Of a stretch of 63,756 nt of DNA, positions 48,295 to 62,368 are shown piece after piece. Source of the stretch: Octopus bimaculoides (lineage: Eukaryota); contig NC_068990.1 in assembly GCF_001194135.2 (NCBI RefSeq), forward strand, positions 33,131,219 to 33,194,974, given 5' to 3'. Below the pieces are notes generated by a model, which made no database searches, was not told the DNA's origin, and was given only the letters and a program-made list of their open reading frames with translations. A program made the position numbers and the translations under genes. Positions within the stretch are counted from its first letter, which is position 1; each line of letters starts with the position of its first letter.

Positions 48295-49654
48295 TTCCTC
48301 CATGGCTAGATTTAATTTGCGTATACAAATTTNNNNNNNNNNNNNNNNNNNNNNNNNNNNNNNNNNNNNNNNNNNNNNNNNNNNNNNNNNNNNNNNNNNN
48401 NNNNNNNNNNNNNNNNNNNNNNNNNNNNNNNNNNNNNNNNNNNNNNNNNNNNNNNNNNNNNNNNNNNNNNNNNNNNNNNNNNNNNNNNNNNNNNNNNNNN
48501 NNNNNNNNNNNNNNNNNNNNNNNNNNNNNNNNNNNNNNNNNNNNNNNNNNNNNNNNNNNNNNNNNNNNNNNNNNNNNNNNNNNNNNNNNNNNNNNNNNNN
48601 NNNNNNNNNNNNNNNNNNNNNNNNNNNNNNNNNNNNNNNNNNNNNNNNNNNNNNNNNNNNNNNNNNNNNNNNNNNNNNNNNNNNNNNNNNNNNNNNNNNN
48701 NNNNNNNNNNNNNNNNNNNNNNNNNNNNNNNNNNNNNNNNNNNNNNNNNNNNNNNNNNNNNNNNNNNNNNNNNNNNNNNNNNNNNNNNNNNNNNNNNNNN
48801 NNNNNNNNNNNNNNNNNNNNNNNNNNNNNNNNNNNNNNNNNNNNNNNNNNNNNNNNNNNNNNNNNNNNNNNNNNNNNNNNNNNNNNNNNNNNNNNNNNNN
48901 NNNNNNNNNNNNNNNNNNNNNNNNNNNNNNNNNNNNNNNNNNNNNNNNNNNNNNNNNNNNNNNNNNNNNNNNNNNNNNNNNNNNNNNNNNNNNNNNNTAT
49001 ATATATACACACACATACATACATACATGTGTGTGTGTATGTCTATTATATCTTATCGGGTAGTATCATATTTAATGAGATAACTGATTAGATTCAGAGT
49101 TAATTTATTAGAGACAGAGGTAATTGCAATTTTTTGTTATATTCTGGCAGAGAAACAAAATAAAAAAACACTGTTATACTAAAAGAATTAATTATCAATA
49201 AACAATAAAGACGAATTAAAATATTTTATCATTTATTCAACACTTGGTGTAAGCAATGTTATAGATATTATTTGGTAGAGAGTTGCTATTAATATTGAAC
49301 AAGACCAAAGGTAGTGAACTGACAGAATCGATAGAATAATGAATTAATGCCTTGTGGTATTTAATAACATTACTTTGTTCTGAGATCAAATCCCACTAGG
49401 GTGAACTTCGCCTTTCATCATTTCAAAATATTAGTCAAATACTTGAATTGAAGCAATCAACTATGGCCTGCCCAACATATTTGAGACATCGTGTCTGTAT
49501 TACAAATCAATTTTGAATATTATCAATAGACAATAGAGTAATAAATAGAGAGTAATTAAGATAAGTGAAATAATTTTTATTTATAACCAAAAGATCAAGA
49601 AACAGAACAGAATTTTATACGAGACAGAAAAAGAGAATTCTACCTCTTTAAATA

Positions 49655-50208
49655 CGAGGTTGAGTCAAAAAGTAATGCCAATTTGTTTAAGACAGGTATA
49701 ATTACCAACACAGGAATATGTATCATACATCAAAATGAAGCTGGTCCTCTGTAGATCACATCCCTACTTCTCAACATAGTCACCATTTCTCTCAATAGCA
49801 ACGTTCCACCTTCGAATGAGTGCATGTATCCCTACCCTGTAAAATTCTGTTGACTGTTCTTTGAGCCAATTCTTCACTACCTCCACACTCACCAGATTTA
49901 GCGCCTTCAGACTATTATCTGTTCGGCGCCACGAAGTGGAGTTTGAAAGGCAAACATTATTCCAGTGACGAAGAAGTGAAAACTGTAGTGAAGAAGTGGC
50001 TCCAAGAACAGCCGACAATTTTACGGGGAAGGAATACTGCTCTCATTCGAAGGTGGAACATTGCTATTGAGAAAAACGGTGACTATGTTGAGAAGCAGGG
50101 ATGTGATCCACAGAGGACCAGCTTCATTTTGATGTATGACACATGTTCCTGTGTTGGTAATTATACCTTTTCCTACACAAAATGGTATTACTTTTTGACT
50201 CACCCTCG
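49655..50208. mobile_element. Fold-back mariner derivative: two inverted copies of the transposase 3' end
   Basis: TA|CGAGGTTGAGTCAAAAAGTA ... TACTTTTTGACTCACCCTCG|TA; arms 49655-49880 and 49985-50208. Encodes HSPDLAPSDYYLF and LKGKHYSSDEEVKTVVKKWL...ALIRRWNIAIEKNGDYVEK. Confidence 0.9.
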
Positions 50209-50464
50209 TACAATGAGTCAAAGCTAAAATTCACAAAATACTCCACTAAGACTCTATCCACATCCCTGTTAACTCAATCTGAAATCTATTTCGTTGTTAC
50301 AGTAAAATATCCTCCTCTCCTTCTCTTCACTGTTATAAGGCAGAAAAAAAATTGATCATCGTAAACTACAACTTTAGTTTTTGTTTACAAATGAACTTAG
50401 GTAAAATAGTTCGAAAATTTCAGGTTGTGTCATTCTGAAGGATGAAATAATTTTTTGTACTATA

Positions 50465-50664
50465 GTCACAAGACCTGGACTTTGAGGCAGTAAGGACAGT
50501 CGATCACATCAACTCCAGTATTCCACTGGTACTTAATATATCAACCCTGAAAAGATGAAAGGCGAAGTCGACCTCAGCAGAATTTGAACTCAGAATGTTG
50601 CAGCAGATGAAACACCGCAAAGCATTTCAACTGGTGTGCTAAAAATTCTGTCAGATCACTGCCT
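50465..50664 (-). mobile_element. SINE family C
   Basis: Reverse complement of the family C body (GAAAAGATGAAAGGCGAAGTCGACCTC...GAATTTGAACTCAGAA). Confidence 0.8.
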
Positions 50665-51679
50665 TAATAATAAAAGAATTAGTTGCTATAAGATATATGC
50701 TCTTCACATTCTATTCATTCTTTGAAAAATAAAAAAAATAAAAATCTCCACAGAAGACACAAGATAGATATGCTCAGAAACGGTTATCTCCCACTGAGCA
50801 GCAAATCTGTCTTTGCCACACTATATACAGCTTCCTGTAAGACTGCTGCAAATAAAATATCCATTTAGTCTAAATTTACTCCAAAACCGCCTGACCATTT
50901 CAACAAGTTTTGTTGCTTTATCTCATAAAAATAACAAAACTATTGATATACATTAAAGTCTATCTCCAGACTACATTTATATAATTCATTGGTTGTTAGC
51001 ATCAGTAGGTCAAACTTCAATAAATTACAAATACTGCATGCCATCTTTTATTCAATGCACACAACTTGGTGAGAATGTTAAGGATTGCCATGTAAAAACT
51101 CTACTGGCTCGATATTGATCAGAAATGCCATTCGAAAATCTATTTGTGATTTATATAAATGTCATCCATAGCATTACTCAATAGGGTTTCCACCCTACGA
51201 CATTGTTGTGTTCTGCTGATAATGATAATGGTTATCTATTATTGGCTCAGTTTATTTAGCTATAAATAGATAAGACTTTATCCGACTCATGCCAGCATCG
51301 GCATGGAGAAGAGGATGATGAATGAGGTATTATGGATAAAAGCATGTCCAATGCTGTTAGGGTTTAAAACACTGTTTTTTTCCAACCTTCAGTTGTGAGT
51401 TCAAATCCATCACTAGCAAACAATGAGCTTCTAGTTTCTGTCTTCCAAACTTCTCTCACAAGGTATTGACTAACTCAAGGCCACAGAAGATGGAATCAGC
51501 TGGCATTGTCCATGCAGAGGGAATACATTCTGAATCATATAGTTCCCATGTAAACTTGACCACACACAAATTCATACACTACACATACATATAACATACA
51601 TACATACATACATACACACACACGCATACATACACACACACATACACACGTATTCATCATCATCATTGTTATCATTGTC

Positions 51680-51840
51680 ATTATTCAATGTCGTTATTCC
51701 ATGCTGGCATGAGTTGGACAGTTAAACAGGAGGTGGCAAGCCAAAGAACCGCACTTGGCTCTGCTGTTTGCTTTGGCATGGTTTCTGCAGTTGATGCCCT
51801 ACCCAACACTAATTACCTCATAGAGTGTACAGGGTGTCTT
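51680..51840 (-). mobile_element. SINE family B, old copy
   Basis: TTCCATGCTGGCATGAGTTGGAC...GATGCCCTACCCAAC. Confidence 0.6.
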
Positions 51841-51920
51841 TATATATATATATATATATATATATNNNNNNNNNNNNNNNNNNNNNNNNNNNNNNNNNNN
51901 NNNNNNNNNNTATATATATA

Positions 51921-52297
51921 CTCTTTTGCTCTTTACTCTTTTACTTGTTTCAGTCATTTGACTGCAACCATGCTGGAGCACTGCCTTTAGTCGACCAAAT
52001 CGACCCCAAGACTTATCCTTTGTAAGCCTAGTACTTATTCTATCGGTCCCTTTTGCCGAACCGCTAAGTTATGAGGATGTAAACCCACCAACATCAGTTG
52101 TCAAGCAATGGTGGGGGGACAAACACAGACACAGACACACACATACACATATGACAGGCTTCTTTAAGTTTCCATCTACCGAATCCACTCACAAGGCTTT
52201 GGTTAGCCTGAGGCTAGAGTAGAAGACACTTGCCCAACGTGCCATGCAGTGAGACTGAACCTGGAACCATTTAGTTGGGAAGGAAGCTTCTTACAAC
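51921..52297 (-). mobile_element. Near full-length SINE family A (tail-1)
   Basis: Reverse complement of 9455-9848. Confidence 0.9.
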
Positions 52298-52772
52298 ATG
52301 GACTCTTTCCCTATTCTTGCTCTATTGGAGCATTTGAGTAAAGTTGTATTAATGTGTCCAACTGATTAAAAGATTCTATTTATTTATTTATGCAGCTGAG
52401 GATAGCCCTGTATTTAAACTGATGTAATGATTGCATTGTTCAATTAAATGGAGTTGCTTGAAACAGTCATACTGCATCACCTCTTGATATCCTGTTGCTT
52501 ATTTTGATTTTATTCACCTTACTTTGAGTTGTATGGATAATACCATACTGATCTGGTACTTCAACCTAAGTACCTAATTCAGCTGAATCTCAATTTTATA
52601 TATATATATATATATNNNNNNNNNNNNNNNNNNNNNNNNNNNNNNNNNNNNNNNNNNNNNNNNNNNNNNNNNNNNNNNNNNNNNNNNNNNNNNNNNNNNN
52701 NNNNNNNNNNNNNNNNNNNNNNNNNNNNNNNNNNNNNNNNNNNNNNNNNNNNNNNNNNNNNNNNNNNNNNNN

Positions 52773-52841
<69 letters not shown>

Positions 52842-53473
52842 AGTGTAACTGAACAAATGTAAAACCTCCAGAATGCCAGGAAGATCTTTGTGCCATCACT
52901 ATAAGGTAAAAATGTATTTTTGGTAATGTTTGACTTCCGAAAATATTGCTTCTTCTAAAGTCACATATATTACTATAGAGTTAAGCTTTATTAGACTGAA
53001 AGCATGGGAAGTCATTACAACGCTTTTAAAGAAAAAAAAAATACAAACAAAAGCAAACAAACAAACAAACAAAAAAATGCTATAACTTGTCTTCTTTTGA
53101 TAGTGTTGTTTCCACCCACCGACTTCATTTCTTTCTCTGGTAAAGCAGAAGGAATGATTTTTAGTTAAGAGAAACTCAGAGCAAAGTGTGTCAAGTTTAT
53201 CGAGCAACCATTGCGATTATTTAATATTGCCTTTTAGACTTCCATTGAAAAACATACAGTCAGAGAGTTTCCATTAATTCTCTACAACAACAACAACAAC
53301 TGTGAAACATTCAGGAAGAAAATAAAAAAACAAGCATAAATAAAAGAACACTTGTTTTGCATTGGATTTAAGTAATAAAAAGAACAAACCACACCCACAC
53401 ACATATATACTGTAAGAGAGAGAGAGATGCAAATATAAGTTTATATATATATATGTATTTACCTATCTCTCAC

Positions 53474-53477
<4 letters not shown>

Positions 53478-53521
<44 letters not shown>

Positions 53522-53650
53522 CACATATACAGATATATATGTATGCATATATATATATATATACACATATACAGATATATATGTATGCATATATATATAT
53601 ACATACACATATACAGATATATATGTATGCATATATATACACTCATGTAT
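53478..53650. repeat. (TA)n plus three copies of ACATATACAGATATATATGTATGCATATAT
   Basis: Directly visible. Confidence 0.85.
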
Positions 53651-54939
53651 ACGCAGATTATAAAAAGTTGTCATAAGTAAGTAATAAATGGTTTCATAGA
53701 CTAGGTTCAAGAAAATATCTGCAACTTCCACAAATAATCACTGTTTTTCATCTTCTTCTTTTCCACACCTCTTTATTCTCTTTTGCACCAACAGTACTTC
53801 TTGATGCTATTATTTTACATATACATATACACACACGTTTCCCTTTCTCCCTATCTGACACATGCACAAAGGCTTTCTCTCCACCACACAGACATACACA
53901 CACATTCTCTCTGTCAACGCACACACACACACATATCGATGCACACACTGAGGTTTTCCCTATCATACACACACACACACACACACACATTAACTACTCT
54001 CAAACAAAAGTCAGTTCTGGAACCCATGGAAACTAGTGGTGTTTATCTAAGACAAAATTTTTATCAGTTAACACATTTCTCCTCCTCCTCCACCATTTCT
54101 ACCACTACCAGCACTGCTAACCGTCATGTCATCCAACTATCGTTCTTATATCCAGGTTTACAAGGACAGGTTCAAAACCTGCTTTCTCCCCAAAACCTGC
54201 TTTCTCCTCTGATACCCCAAAATATCCCATAAACCTATAAAAATTAGGAACCGTCAATTAAGTATTATCCTAGCCATAATAAACTACCAATAAAGACGAT
54301 CACACACCATTAATATTGGTAATATTGCAAACAACAAAACCACCACAAACAAAGAACCCTTTAACAAGTTCAACCTTACCAGAATGAAGGATAATTCAAA
54401 ACAACTAGACCATACAATATGAAAGATTTACTGACAGCAAGCATATCAAATATTTATATATGTGTATAGAATCCAATGGGTGACTTATGTACATGTATTG
54501 ATTCCGCGGGGTGACACATTCAAAAGAAGCTATGTCTAGCTACTGAGAATAAAGAATTACAAGGTAAGTCTGAGAGTGAATAAAATATTAATTCCATGAA
54601 ATATATTTTGTTGGAATAGCAAGTATGGATTAAATATTTGATTATATATGTGTGTGTGTATGTAAATGAGTTAAGAAAAATAAGCCTAGATGGCCAGTAG
54701 TATGAAGATGGACTCCAAAGATGAAGAAAGAAATACTAAATTCCAAATAGATTCTGGATTTCTCTTGAAATTATCTTCATTTTGAGAAAAGAGTAAACAA
54801 ATATCTAGAGGCAATTGTGATTGACTGTGAACAAGACAGGATGACATTCTCAAGAAGTCGACAATTATCTGAAATTAATGTGCCAAAAACCATTTTTTTG
54901 TGTGTGTGACAAAACAACAGTTATAGAGCCATGGTTTTG

Positions 54940-55600
54940 CTCCAAAACATGTCATCATCTCAGTAGTAGGCCCACCTCAATTTCTGCAGACAAAATGCTT
55001 AAACATATATTTGCATAAAAGAGTGGTTTTTGCAAATCCCCTGCAATCACAGCCCACATTTCACTGCCATACAGCATTACAATTCATACACAATCTGCCT
55101 TTCTGTCTGACAGAGAGGCCTTTGGTTACTTCTGCTGATAACAAAAGTACTAAATAGTTCTCTAAACTTACTCCATCCTGTTCTTATGCCAGCAATTCAG
55201 CTTTCAGACCATCCATCTCTACTGTTAATTAGGTTACCTATGAAACAGAATATACTTGATATCATTAGTGGACCTCCAAGACATTTGAGAAAATCTATTT
55301 CCCACATGTTCTTAGAGTTTATTGCTCTTGCGCATCTGTCATAGACAAAGTTCTCACTCTATTAATCTTCCTATGATTCCATGGTACCAATTATGTGTCC
55401 TTGGTTTGCATTCGGTACACTGTACAGAATTTCTACATAAGTCTTTTCCACATATTAAGCAGGACCATTTTCAAGGTGGGAGTAGTGCCTTGTCTGCTTT
55501 TCAGCTGACTAAAAACTCCAGCTTTTGCTAAGTTAACTTTAAGGCACTTTGATTACAGGTTTGGTTTCTACACCTGAAATTCCATGGAGACAGGTGGTGA
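54940..55600 (-). mobile_element. RTE-like LINE, C-terminal half of RT (decayed)
   Basis: Minus strand: FRELF...TKGLSVRQKGRLC...MLYGSEMWAVIAGDLQK. Confidence 0.55.
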
Positions 55601-56629
55601 TTTACATCATCAAGATCTGTAATATTTGGACAAAGTAACTGAAAGAGTACAGTGGAATTGTCATACAGAGTGGAATATCCAATGGTTCAGACAGAGTCCT
55701 ACTACTAGGTAAAGTTGAGAGTAGGAAAAGAAAAGAAATACAGTAGAGTTTCATATCCTACATGTTTGAAAAACTAGCTGCAACTGATGAGGAACACATT
55801 ACAACATGAGTTTTATATGAAGAGAAGAGGTTGTAGGTGAGAGAATTGGATGAGTGAGGGAGAAGGAAAAAGAAATGAAAAGGGAAAGAAAAACAGGTAA
55901 GGATGAGGTGAAATGCTTGAATGAATAAGGTATTGGATTGCTAATATGTAAGTTACAAGTTCAAATTTTCTACAATCAATGCTTAGGTATTCACACACTA
56001 ACAAACATACTATATTTGCATACATCTACATGAACACGTCCGTGAAAGCAGTCACATTGTGAAACATATATAAATGAGAAGGCTTATGAAATAAGATATA
56101 GTAATCAAGTATAAATACACACACACACAAACACACGCACATACACATACACACACATACACAAACATACACATACATGTTTCTGTTTTCTTTATTCACA
56201 ATCAATGTAGTTCTATAATTTATGGAAGAAAAAGCAAAACACAGTACATCTCACATACAGCTCATTCATTATTCACACAAGTACATATTCGCTCACACAT
56301 ATGCACACATACATATGCATATATTTACACACACACACACACACACACACTTGTATGTACATATTCACACACATACTTACTTGTAAACAGACACATGCAA
56401 ACATGCATGTATACATACATACTTACATATTCACTAACACTTGTACACACACACACACACATGTACACATGTGCACATACAACTCATTCCTTATTCAAAT
56501 TGAAGCTGGAAACCTCTAAGTGCTCCCTAATATAATTACTTCAGAGTAATGGGAAAAATCCTCCTACCCTTTTTTTAAACTATAGAAGTGCTGCTCACCC
56601 TTTATTTCCCATTAAACACAAACCAACAG

Positions 56630-56712
<83 letters not shown>

Positions 56713-56720
56713 CACAAATA
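56630..56720. repeat. Long (CA)n microsatellite
   Basis: Directly visible. Confidence 0.95.
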
Positions 56721-56983
56721 CTCTTGCACGTACATGTCCAGATACATATTAGAATCCACGTCTATTCTCATGTGAAATTTAATTTCCAACGTTTTTTACC
56801 AAGCAAAGCCTTTTCCATTGGTTGTCCATTCTTTGTTGAGTCTTTTTTCATTCTTTTCCTTCAGGTTTTCCATTTTCTTTTTCTCCACATCATCAATTTC
56901 CACCCCAACCTTTTGTACCAACTTGCACAACACCACTCCACAATGCAACACCATGTATGCATTATTGGAACCTAGAAAATATT

Positions 56984-57380
56984 TCTTCTTCTTCTTCTTC
57001 TCATCATCATCATCATTATCATTCTTATTTGTCGATTTCATCATCATCTTCTCCTTCTTGATCATCATCATCATCATCAGCTTTTCTTCTTTTTCTTCTT
57101 CTTCTGATCATCATCATCAGCAGCAGCTTTTCTTCTTTTTCTTCTTCTTCTGATCATCATCATCATCATCATCAGCTTTTCTTCTTTTTCTTCTTCTTCT
57201 TCTTTGTCGTCTTCTTCTTCTTCTTTGTTGTCTTCTTCTTCTTTGTCGTCTTCTTCTTCTTCTTCTTCTTTGTCGTCTTCTTCTTTGTCGTCTTCTTCTT
57301 ATTTTCCTTCTTCTTCTTCTTCTTCTTCTTCTTCTTCTTCTTCTTCTTCTTCTTCGTCTTCCTCTTCTTCTTCTTCTTCA
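56984..57380. repeat. (TTC)n/(CAT)n/(GTC)n compound trinucleotide tract
   Basis: Directly visible; source of the poly-K/poly-S ORFs. Confidence 0.95.
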
Positions 57381-57519
57381 CTTATAAATTCCTCCATTGA
57401 TGGTCTCCTTGGTAAAAAGAGTGAGCTAGAAGAATGTGCACACATCAGTAACACTCCATAGGTAATGGTCCCTTGACACTCTGACAGTATAAGCTGATTT
57501 CTTGAGTGTTGAAAGGAGC

Positions 57520-57830
57520 TTCTTCATCATTATCATCATCATCATCATCTTTATTGTCATCACCAATCGTACTACTATACTCAGCATCATCAATATTAAC
57601 ATTATACTCCATCATCATCATCACCGCCACAATTATCACCATCACTGCCATCACCACCATCATTACCACTATCGTTATCACAACCACCCCTACCACACCT
57701 ACTACTACAACCATCATCAGCACAGCCACCATCGTGACCACCACCATCACCACCACCAATACCTCTGCTATCAAGAGCATCATCATCACCATGACTACCA
57801 CCATCACCATCAGTGTCATCATCAAAAGCA
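57520..57830. repeat. (CAT)n/(CAC)n low-complexity tract
   Basis: Directly visible; source of the poly-H/T/M ORFs. Confidence 0.9.
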
Positions 57831-57901
57831 CACTTCAGTAACAATACAAAGCATGTATAAATTTTCTTTCTTGTTACTCAGCTAATAGTCTGTGTGTGTG
57901 T

Positions 57902-57939
<38 letters not shown>

Positions 57940-58169
57940 CAAAAACCCTATTTTGTCCTTTCTAGGCCCATGAGAGGATTTGTAATAAATATTCTAAAGG
58001 AGCAAAACACTAATCAATTACATAGTGCTCCTGCTGCAAGTGTTATTTCCTACTGTAACAAAAAAACAAAAAAAAAAAAACAAATGGCAAACAAACTGAG
58101 AGAGTGAGTACTATACCTGTGTCCCACACTAGCACGAAACACTCCCTTGATGACAATCAACAAATATTA

Positions 58170-58315
58170 ATTTCAAACGTTGGCACATGGCCAGCAATTT
58201 TGGGGGCAGGGGTAAGTCAATTACATTGAACCTACTTCTCAACTGGTGCTATTTTATTGATCCTGAAAGACGAAAGGTAAAGTCAACCTCGGTAGCATTT
58301 GAACTCAGAATGTAA
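58170..58315 (-). mobile_element. SINE family C, 3' part
   Basis: CCTGAAAGACGAAAGGTAAAGTCAACCTCGG...GAACTCAGAA. Confidence 0.7.
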
Positions 58316-58364
58316 ATCTAGATGGCTGTAGTCAAATGACTGAAATGAGTAAAAGAGTAAATGT

Positions 58365-58700
58365 CTTTTACTATAGCCTTGGGCTGACCAAAGCCTTGTG
58401 AGTAGATTTGGTAGAAAGAGACTTAATGAAACCTGTCATATACATATATATGCATGTATGTGTGTGTGTGTGTGTGTGCATGTGCTAGTTGCAAATGAGT
58501 ATCGGTCATACAGTGGTGTCCTTTGTTTTTAAGCTTCTGTGAAAATATGAAAATATGTCTGGCCATGAGAAAATATTACCTTACTTGGAAACAGGTGAGT
58601 TTCAACAACAAGAAGGTCATCAGATCATAAAAATCTGCCTCAATAGATTCTATCCAACTCTCGGGAGTATGGAAAAGTGAACATTATAATGATGATGATG
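58365..58700 (+). mobile_element. SINE family A partial head + tail-2 with (GAT)n
   Basis: Same head and tail order as 38851-39240. Confidence 0.7.
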
Positions 58701-58781
58701 TAGGGAAGAAGAGGAAAAATTGCCAAATGAAGATAAGAAGAAAAACAGATAAGGGGCCTTTTGGCCAAAGAGATACAAATA

Positions 58782-59015
58782 AAGGCGGCGAGCTGGTAGA
58801 AACGTTAGCACGCCGGGTGAAATGCTTAGCAGTATTTCGTCTGCCGCCAAGTTCTGAGTTCAAATTCCGCCGAGGTCGACTTTGCTTTTCATCCTTTCGG
58901 GGTCGATTAAATAAGTACCAGTTACGCACTGGGGTCGATGTAATCGACTTTATCCCTTTTTCTGTCCTTGTTTGTCCCCTCTATGTTTAGCCCCTTGTGG
59001 GCGATAAAGAAATAA
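58782..59015 (+). mobile_element. Full-length young tRNA-derived SINE family C
   Basis: A-box-like TGGTAGAAACG, B-box-like GTTCAAATTCC, 3' ...GGGCGATAAAGAAATAA; near-identical to 62144. Confidence 0.9.
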
Positions 59016-59984
59016 GATACAAATGAAAAAATGAATGAAATGAACACAGGGATGAAAAAAACATGACTGACCAGCACAATTTCAAGAAAAGACGGTTTGC
59101 AGGAAAAACAGGAAGTAAGAAGAGGTAATTAAGAGTTGAGCTAAGAGAAAGTGAGAGCGAAAGAGATAGATAGGTAGGTAGAGAGAGAGAGAGAATGAGA
59201 GAGATAGTTAGAGACAGAAAGAGACAGAAAAGTATACTGTTAACTAGAAGGACAGACAGATAAATACAGAGATGGAAAAATAGACGATGTAAGCCAAAAA
59301 ACAATGCCTGGAAGATGTGCAATGTGACAGCACACCTTTGCTGCAAGTCTGATGAAGTGCCACTCTGATGTCTTAAAACCACAAATATGTAAATTTTCAC
59401 TTTGAATTTTTGTGTAAACTGGTCTTACCAGCACAGATAGTACAGAAATGATTGTAATGAATCATTTAAGATATGTTAAAAAATTTCTTTGTCTTCTTAT
59501 TTGGATTAAAATTTACTCTTTGCCAAACTCACACAATGGTGTTACAGTCCTGAAACCATGAATTTCTACACTTGAAGAATTCTGGCATTGGTCTGGAACC
59601 TGACAGTGTTGATAGCTCAGTATTTGGGTTGAGTGCTTCTCTGGAAATACCATACATTTACACTCTACCAGGACCTAAGACACACACACACACACACATA
59701 GAGAGAGATGATGATTGTTGCATCTTGCCAGATGATAGCCATCTCATGTTCAAAAGAAATGATAGTGAACCATCTGTTCTTCAATTGGTTTAAGTGACGA
59801 AAGCATGTCCAACACTTTTGCCATTCTCTTGGTCACCATAGTAGGTTCCAGTGACAAGCATTGCAAAAGTGACTGATTCTGTTTCGACAGTGAGTTTTAT
59901 GTCAGAGTGTCTTTCTTCTTAAAGAGTCGCTTTCTCCTACAGTTTTGGCAAAAATAACAAGAGATTCCTCTGCCACTGGGAAAT

Positions 59985-60145
59985 CTTGTTAACCCATCAA
60001 TGGGATTTTGACAGGTTCTGCCATTCTGGGTCAAAATGGACCTGAAAGGAATGATAACCAGGGGGTGACTCCATGCTCCCCACTACTTCAGAACTCCCAA
60101 ACTGGAGCCTCACCACCGGATGTAGTTTAGAGTCATACCCAGACA
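59985..60145 (+). mobile_element. Probable further SINE-like repeat fragment
   Basis: CCATTCTGGGTCAAAATGGACCTG...GGAGCCTCACCACCGGATGTAGTTTAG; recognised from memory as an octopus interspersed repeat, single copy here. Confidence 0.4.
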
Positions 60146-61434
60146 TGTGTGTGTGTGTGTGTGTGTATAATACATATATATAATACATACACACATACAT
60201 AAATGCATACATACATACTTACATACATATATGCATGCATACATACAGATACAATAGTTAATGAAACAAACTGAGAACATTGAATTCATAAGTCATTTGT
60301 TAAGCTAATAGATAATTAATAAAAAGCAGTAAATGTAAATAAGGTGGAGGTGATGGTGGTGGTGGTGGTGGCGCGTGTATGTGTGTGGAGGGGGGTTGTG
60401 TATTTTGTTCCAGTGTATAGAAGTCTGTTCTGTATTGTTGTGTATTATTTATGGCCTTGAGGGAGTGAGATAAAGAGATAGAGTGAAATAGAACTATTAT
60501 ACCTAATCAGTGATAAGCTAATTAATTTAACTAGAACCCATCTTCCTCTCCTTGCACCAGACTTTGGATATGTCTAAACAGAAAGGAAAGAGCAGCGGAG
60601 AAAGAGAAGAGAAGAAAGATGTAGAGAACAAGATAGGCCAGCAGACAGGCCGGCTACAAAACTGCTGATTTGTGTAAAATATTTTATTGTTGTTATGTTT
60701 TATAGAAGAAAGATTGATTGTGTTCACATTCTGGAATCTCCATTGGCAAAGCGGAGGAACCATTTTAGCACTGGCATGTTGTCTTTAGGGAACTGGCTAG
60801 GAAACCTAATAATTTTACTGAGATCTTCTTGTGTGTGTGAGAGAGAGAGCGTAGGGGAAAGAGAGAGAGAGAAAGAGTAAGAGAAGAGAGAGAAGTAAAA
60901 GAGAGGGAGATGAAATGCTGAAGGAGAAGAAGTGCAGAGAGAAGTGAATTATGTTCATTGTTGTTGCTTCATTTAACATCTGGCTTTTGTTTCGCCTCCC
61001 ACTAACTACATGGATGAGGTATGTTTGGCCAATTACTCAGCCATTTCCATAGCAACAGTACAAAAGTTGTGGTAACATTACATGTGTACAAAAGTGCAGG
61101 GGGGTCACTGGAAGTAAGGAGAAGAAGAGTATTTGATACATGCAAAACTGACATCCAGTATTTGAATGTCTCCGGAGTAAGACTTATCTCTGGTGTTTGT
61201 GTGAAGTGAGTGTGAAGAACTTAATCTCTTCCCATTCCAGGTAAAAGTTTCAAACATTCTGAAATCTATTCGAGGGAGCTGAGGTGTGAAAAATTAAGTG
61301 AATTGCTTAAATATACAATAAAATGCTTCCAGCAGACTTGAACTTGAGATCTTAGAAATCAGTAGACAGCAACAATAAGAGGCTTAGCAAGCCTATTATT
61401 GTTGAAGTTTTTCAAAGGAGATACAAAAAGAAAG

Positions 61435-61830
61435 AATAGTGTGTGTGTATGCATATGCATGAATATGTGTGTATGTGTGTGTGTGTATATGTGTGTGCGT
61501 GTGTGTGTATGTGTGTGTGTATGTGCGTGCATCTGCATGTGTGTGCATGCGTGCCTGTGTGTATGTATGCATGTGTATGTATGTGTGCACGTGTGCATGT
61601 GTGAGTGAATATGTGTGTGTATGTGTCTGTCTATATTGAACGAGTGTTTATAGGTGTGTCTGTATGTGTGCACATGTGTGTTTGCATATCTATGTGTCTG
61701 CATGCATGTGCATTTGGGTGTGCAGATGTGTATGTATATTATGTGCAAAACAGGCATCAGTATGTGTCTGCATGATTGCATCCGTTTCCATGCACATGTA
61801 TGTTTGCATGTATGTACATGTGAGTATTTA
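61435..61830. repeat. Degenerate (TG)n tract
   Basis: Directly visible. Confidence 0.9.
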
Positions 61831-62143
61831 TTGATATATAACTGTGTTAAAAGCAATGAAGTGGTATAATCACTAAAGTACCAGATGAAATAACAATATT
61901 TGATGTGTTTCACTACTTTCTGAGTTCAAATCCTTCCAGAACTGACTACGTTTCATCAGGACCAGATTAAGATCCATTGAGGCTCTAAGTACTTAGATGA
62001 TTTTGGTGCCACCATAAATATGTAATTCAAAATATAAACAATAATGCACCATAAAATAAATTTCCAATTTTCAAAATGAAACAAAACTAACAAGATGGAA
62101 AATAATGTTATTTTTATATACTTCCACTTCATTAATATTTGGA

Positions 62144-62368
62144 AAGGCGGTGAGCTGGCAGAATCGTTAGCACGCCTGGGTGAAAAGCTTAGCGGTATTT
62201 CGTCTGCTGCTACGTCCTGAGTTCAAATTTCGCTGAGGTCAACTTTGCCTTTCATCCTTTCGGGGTCGATGAATTAAGTACCAGTTACGCACTGGGGTCA
62301 ATGTAATCGACTTAATCCCTTTGTCTGTCCCCTCTATGTTTAGCCCCTTGTGGGCAATAAAGAAATAA
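62144..62368 (+). mobile_element. Full-length young SINE family C
   Basis: Near-identical to 58782-59015. Confidence 0.9.

Noticed and set aside
56800-56975. Minus-strand exon GSNNAYMVLHCG...KEWTTNGKGFAW
   Set aside because: Splice-like ends exist, but the segment adjoins a (GAA)n tract, is purine-biased low complexity and resembles nothing I know.
57380-57495. SAM-domain-like peptide WSVTDVCTFF*LTLFTKETING (minus)
   Set aside because: In-frame stop, about 8 residues missing relative to SAM spacing, and embedded between low-complexity tracts.
386-61913. Most ORF-track entries (poly-YI, CV, HT, LS, poly-K/S/H, X-filled)
   Set aside because: They are translations of microsatellites, trinucleotide tracts or N-gaps, many start at non-ATG codons, and none shows domain content.
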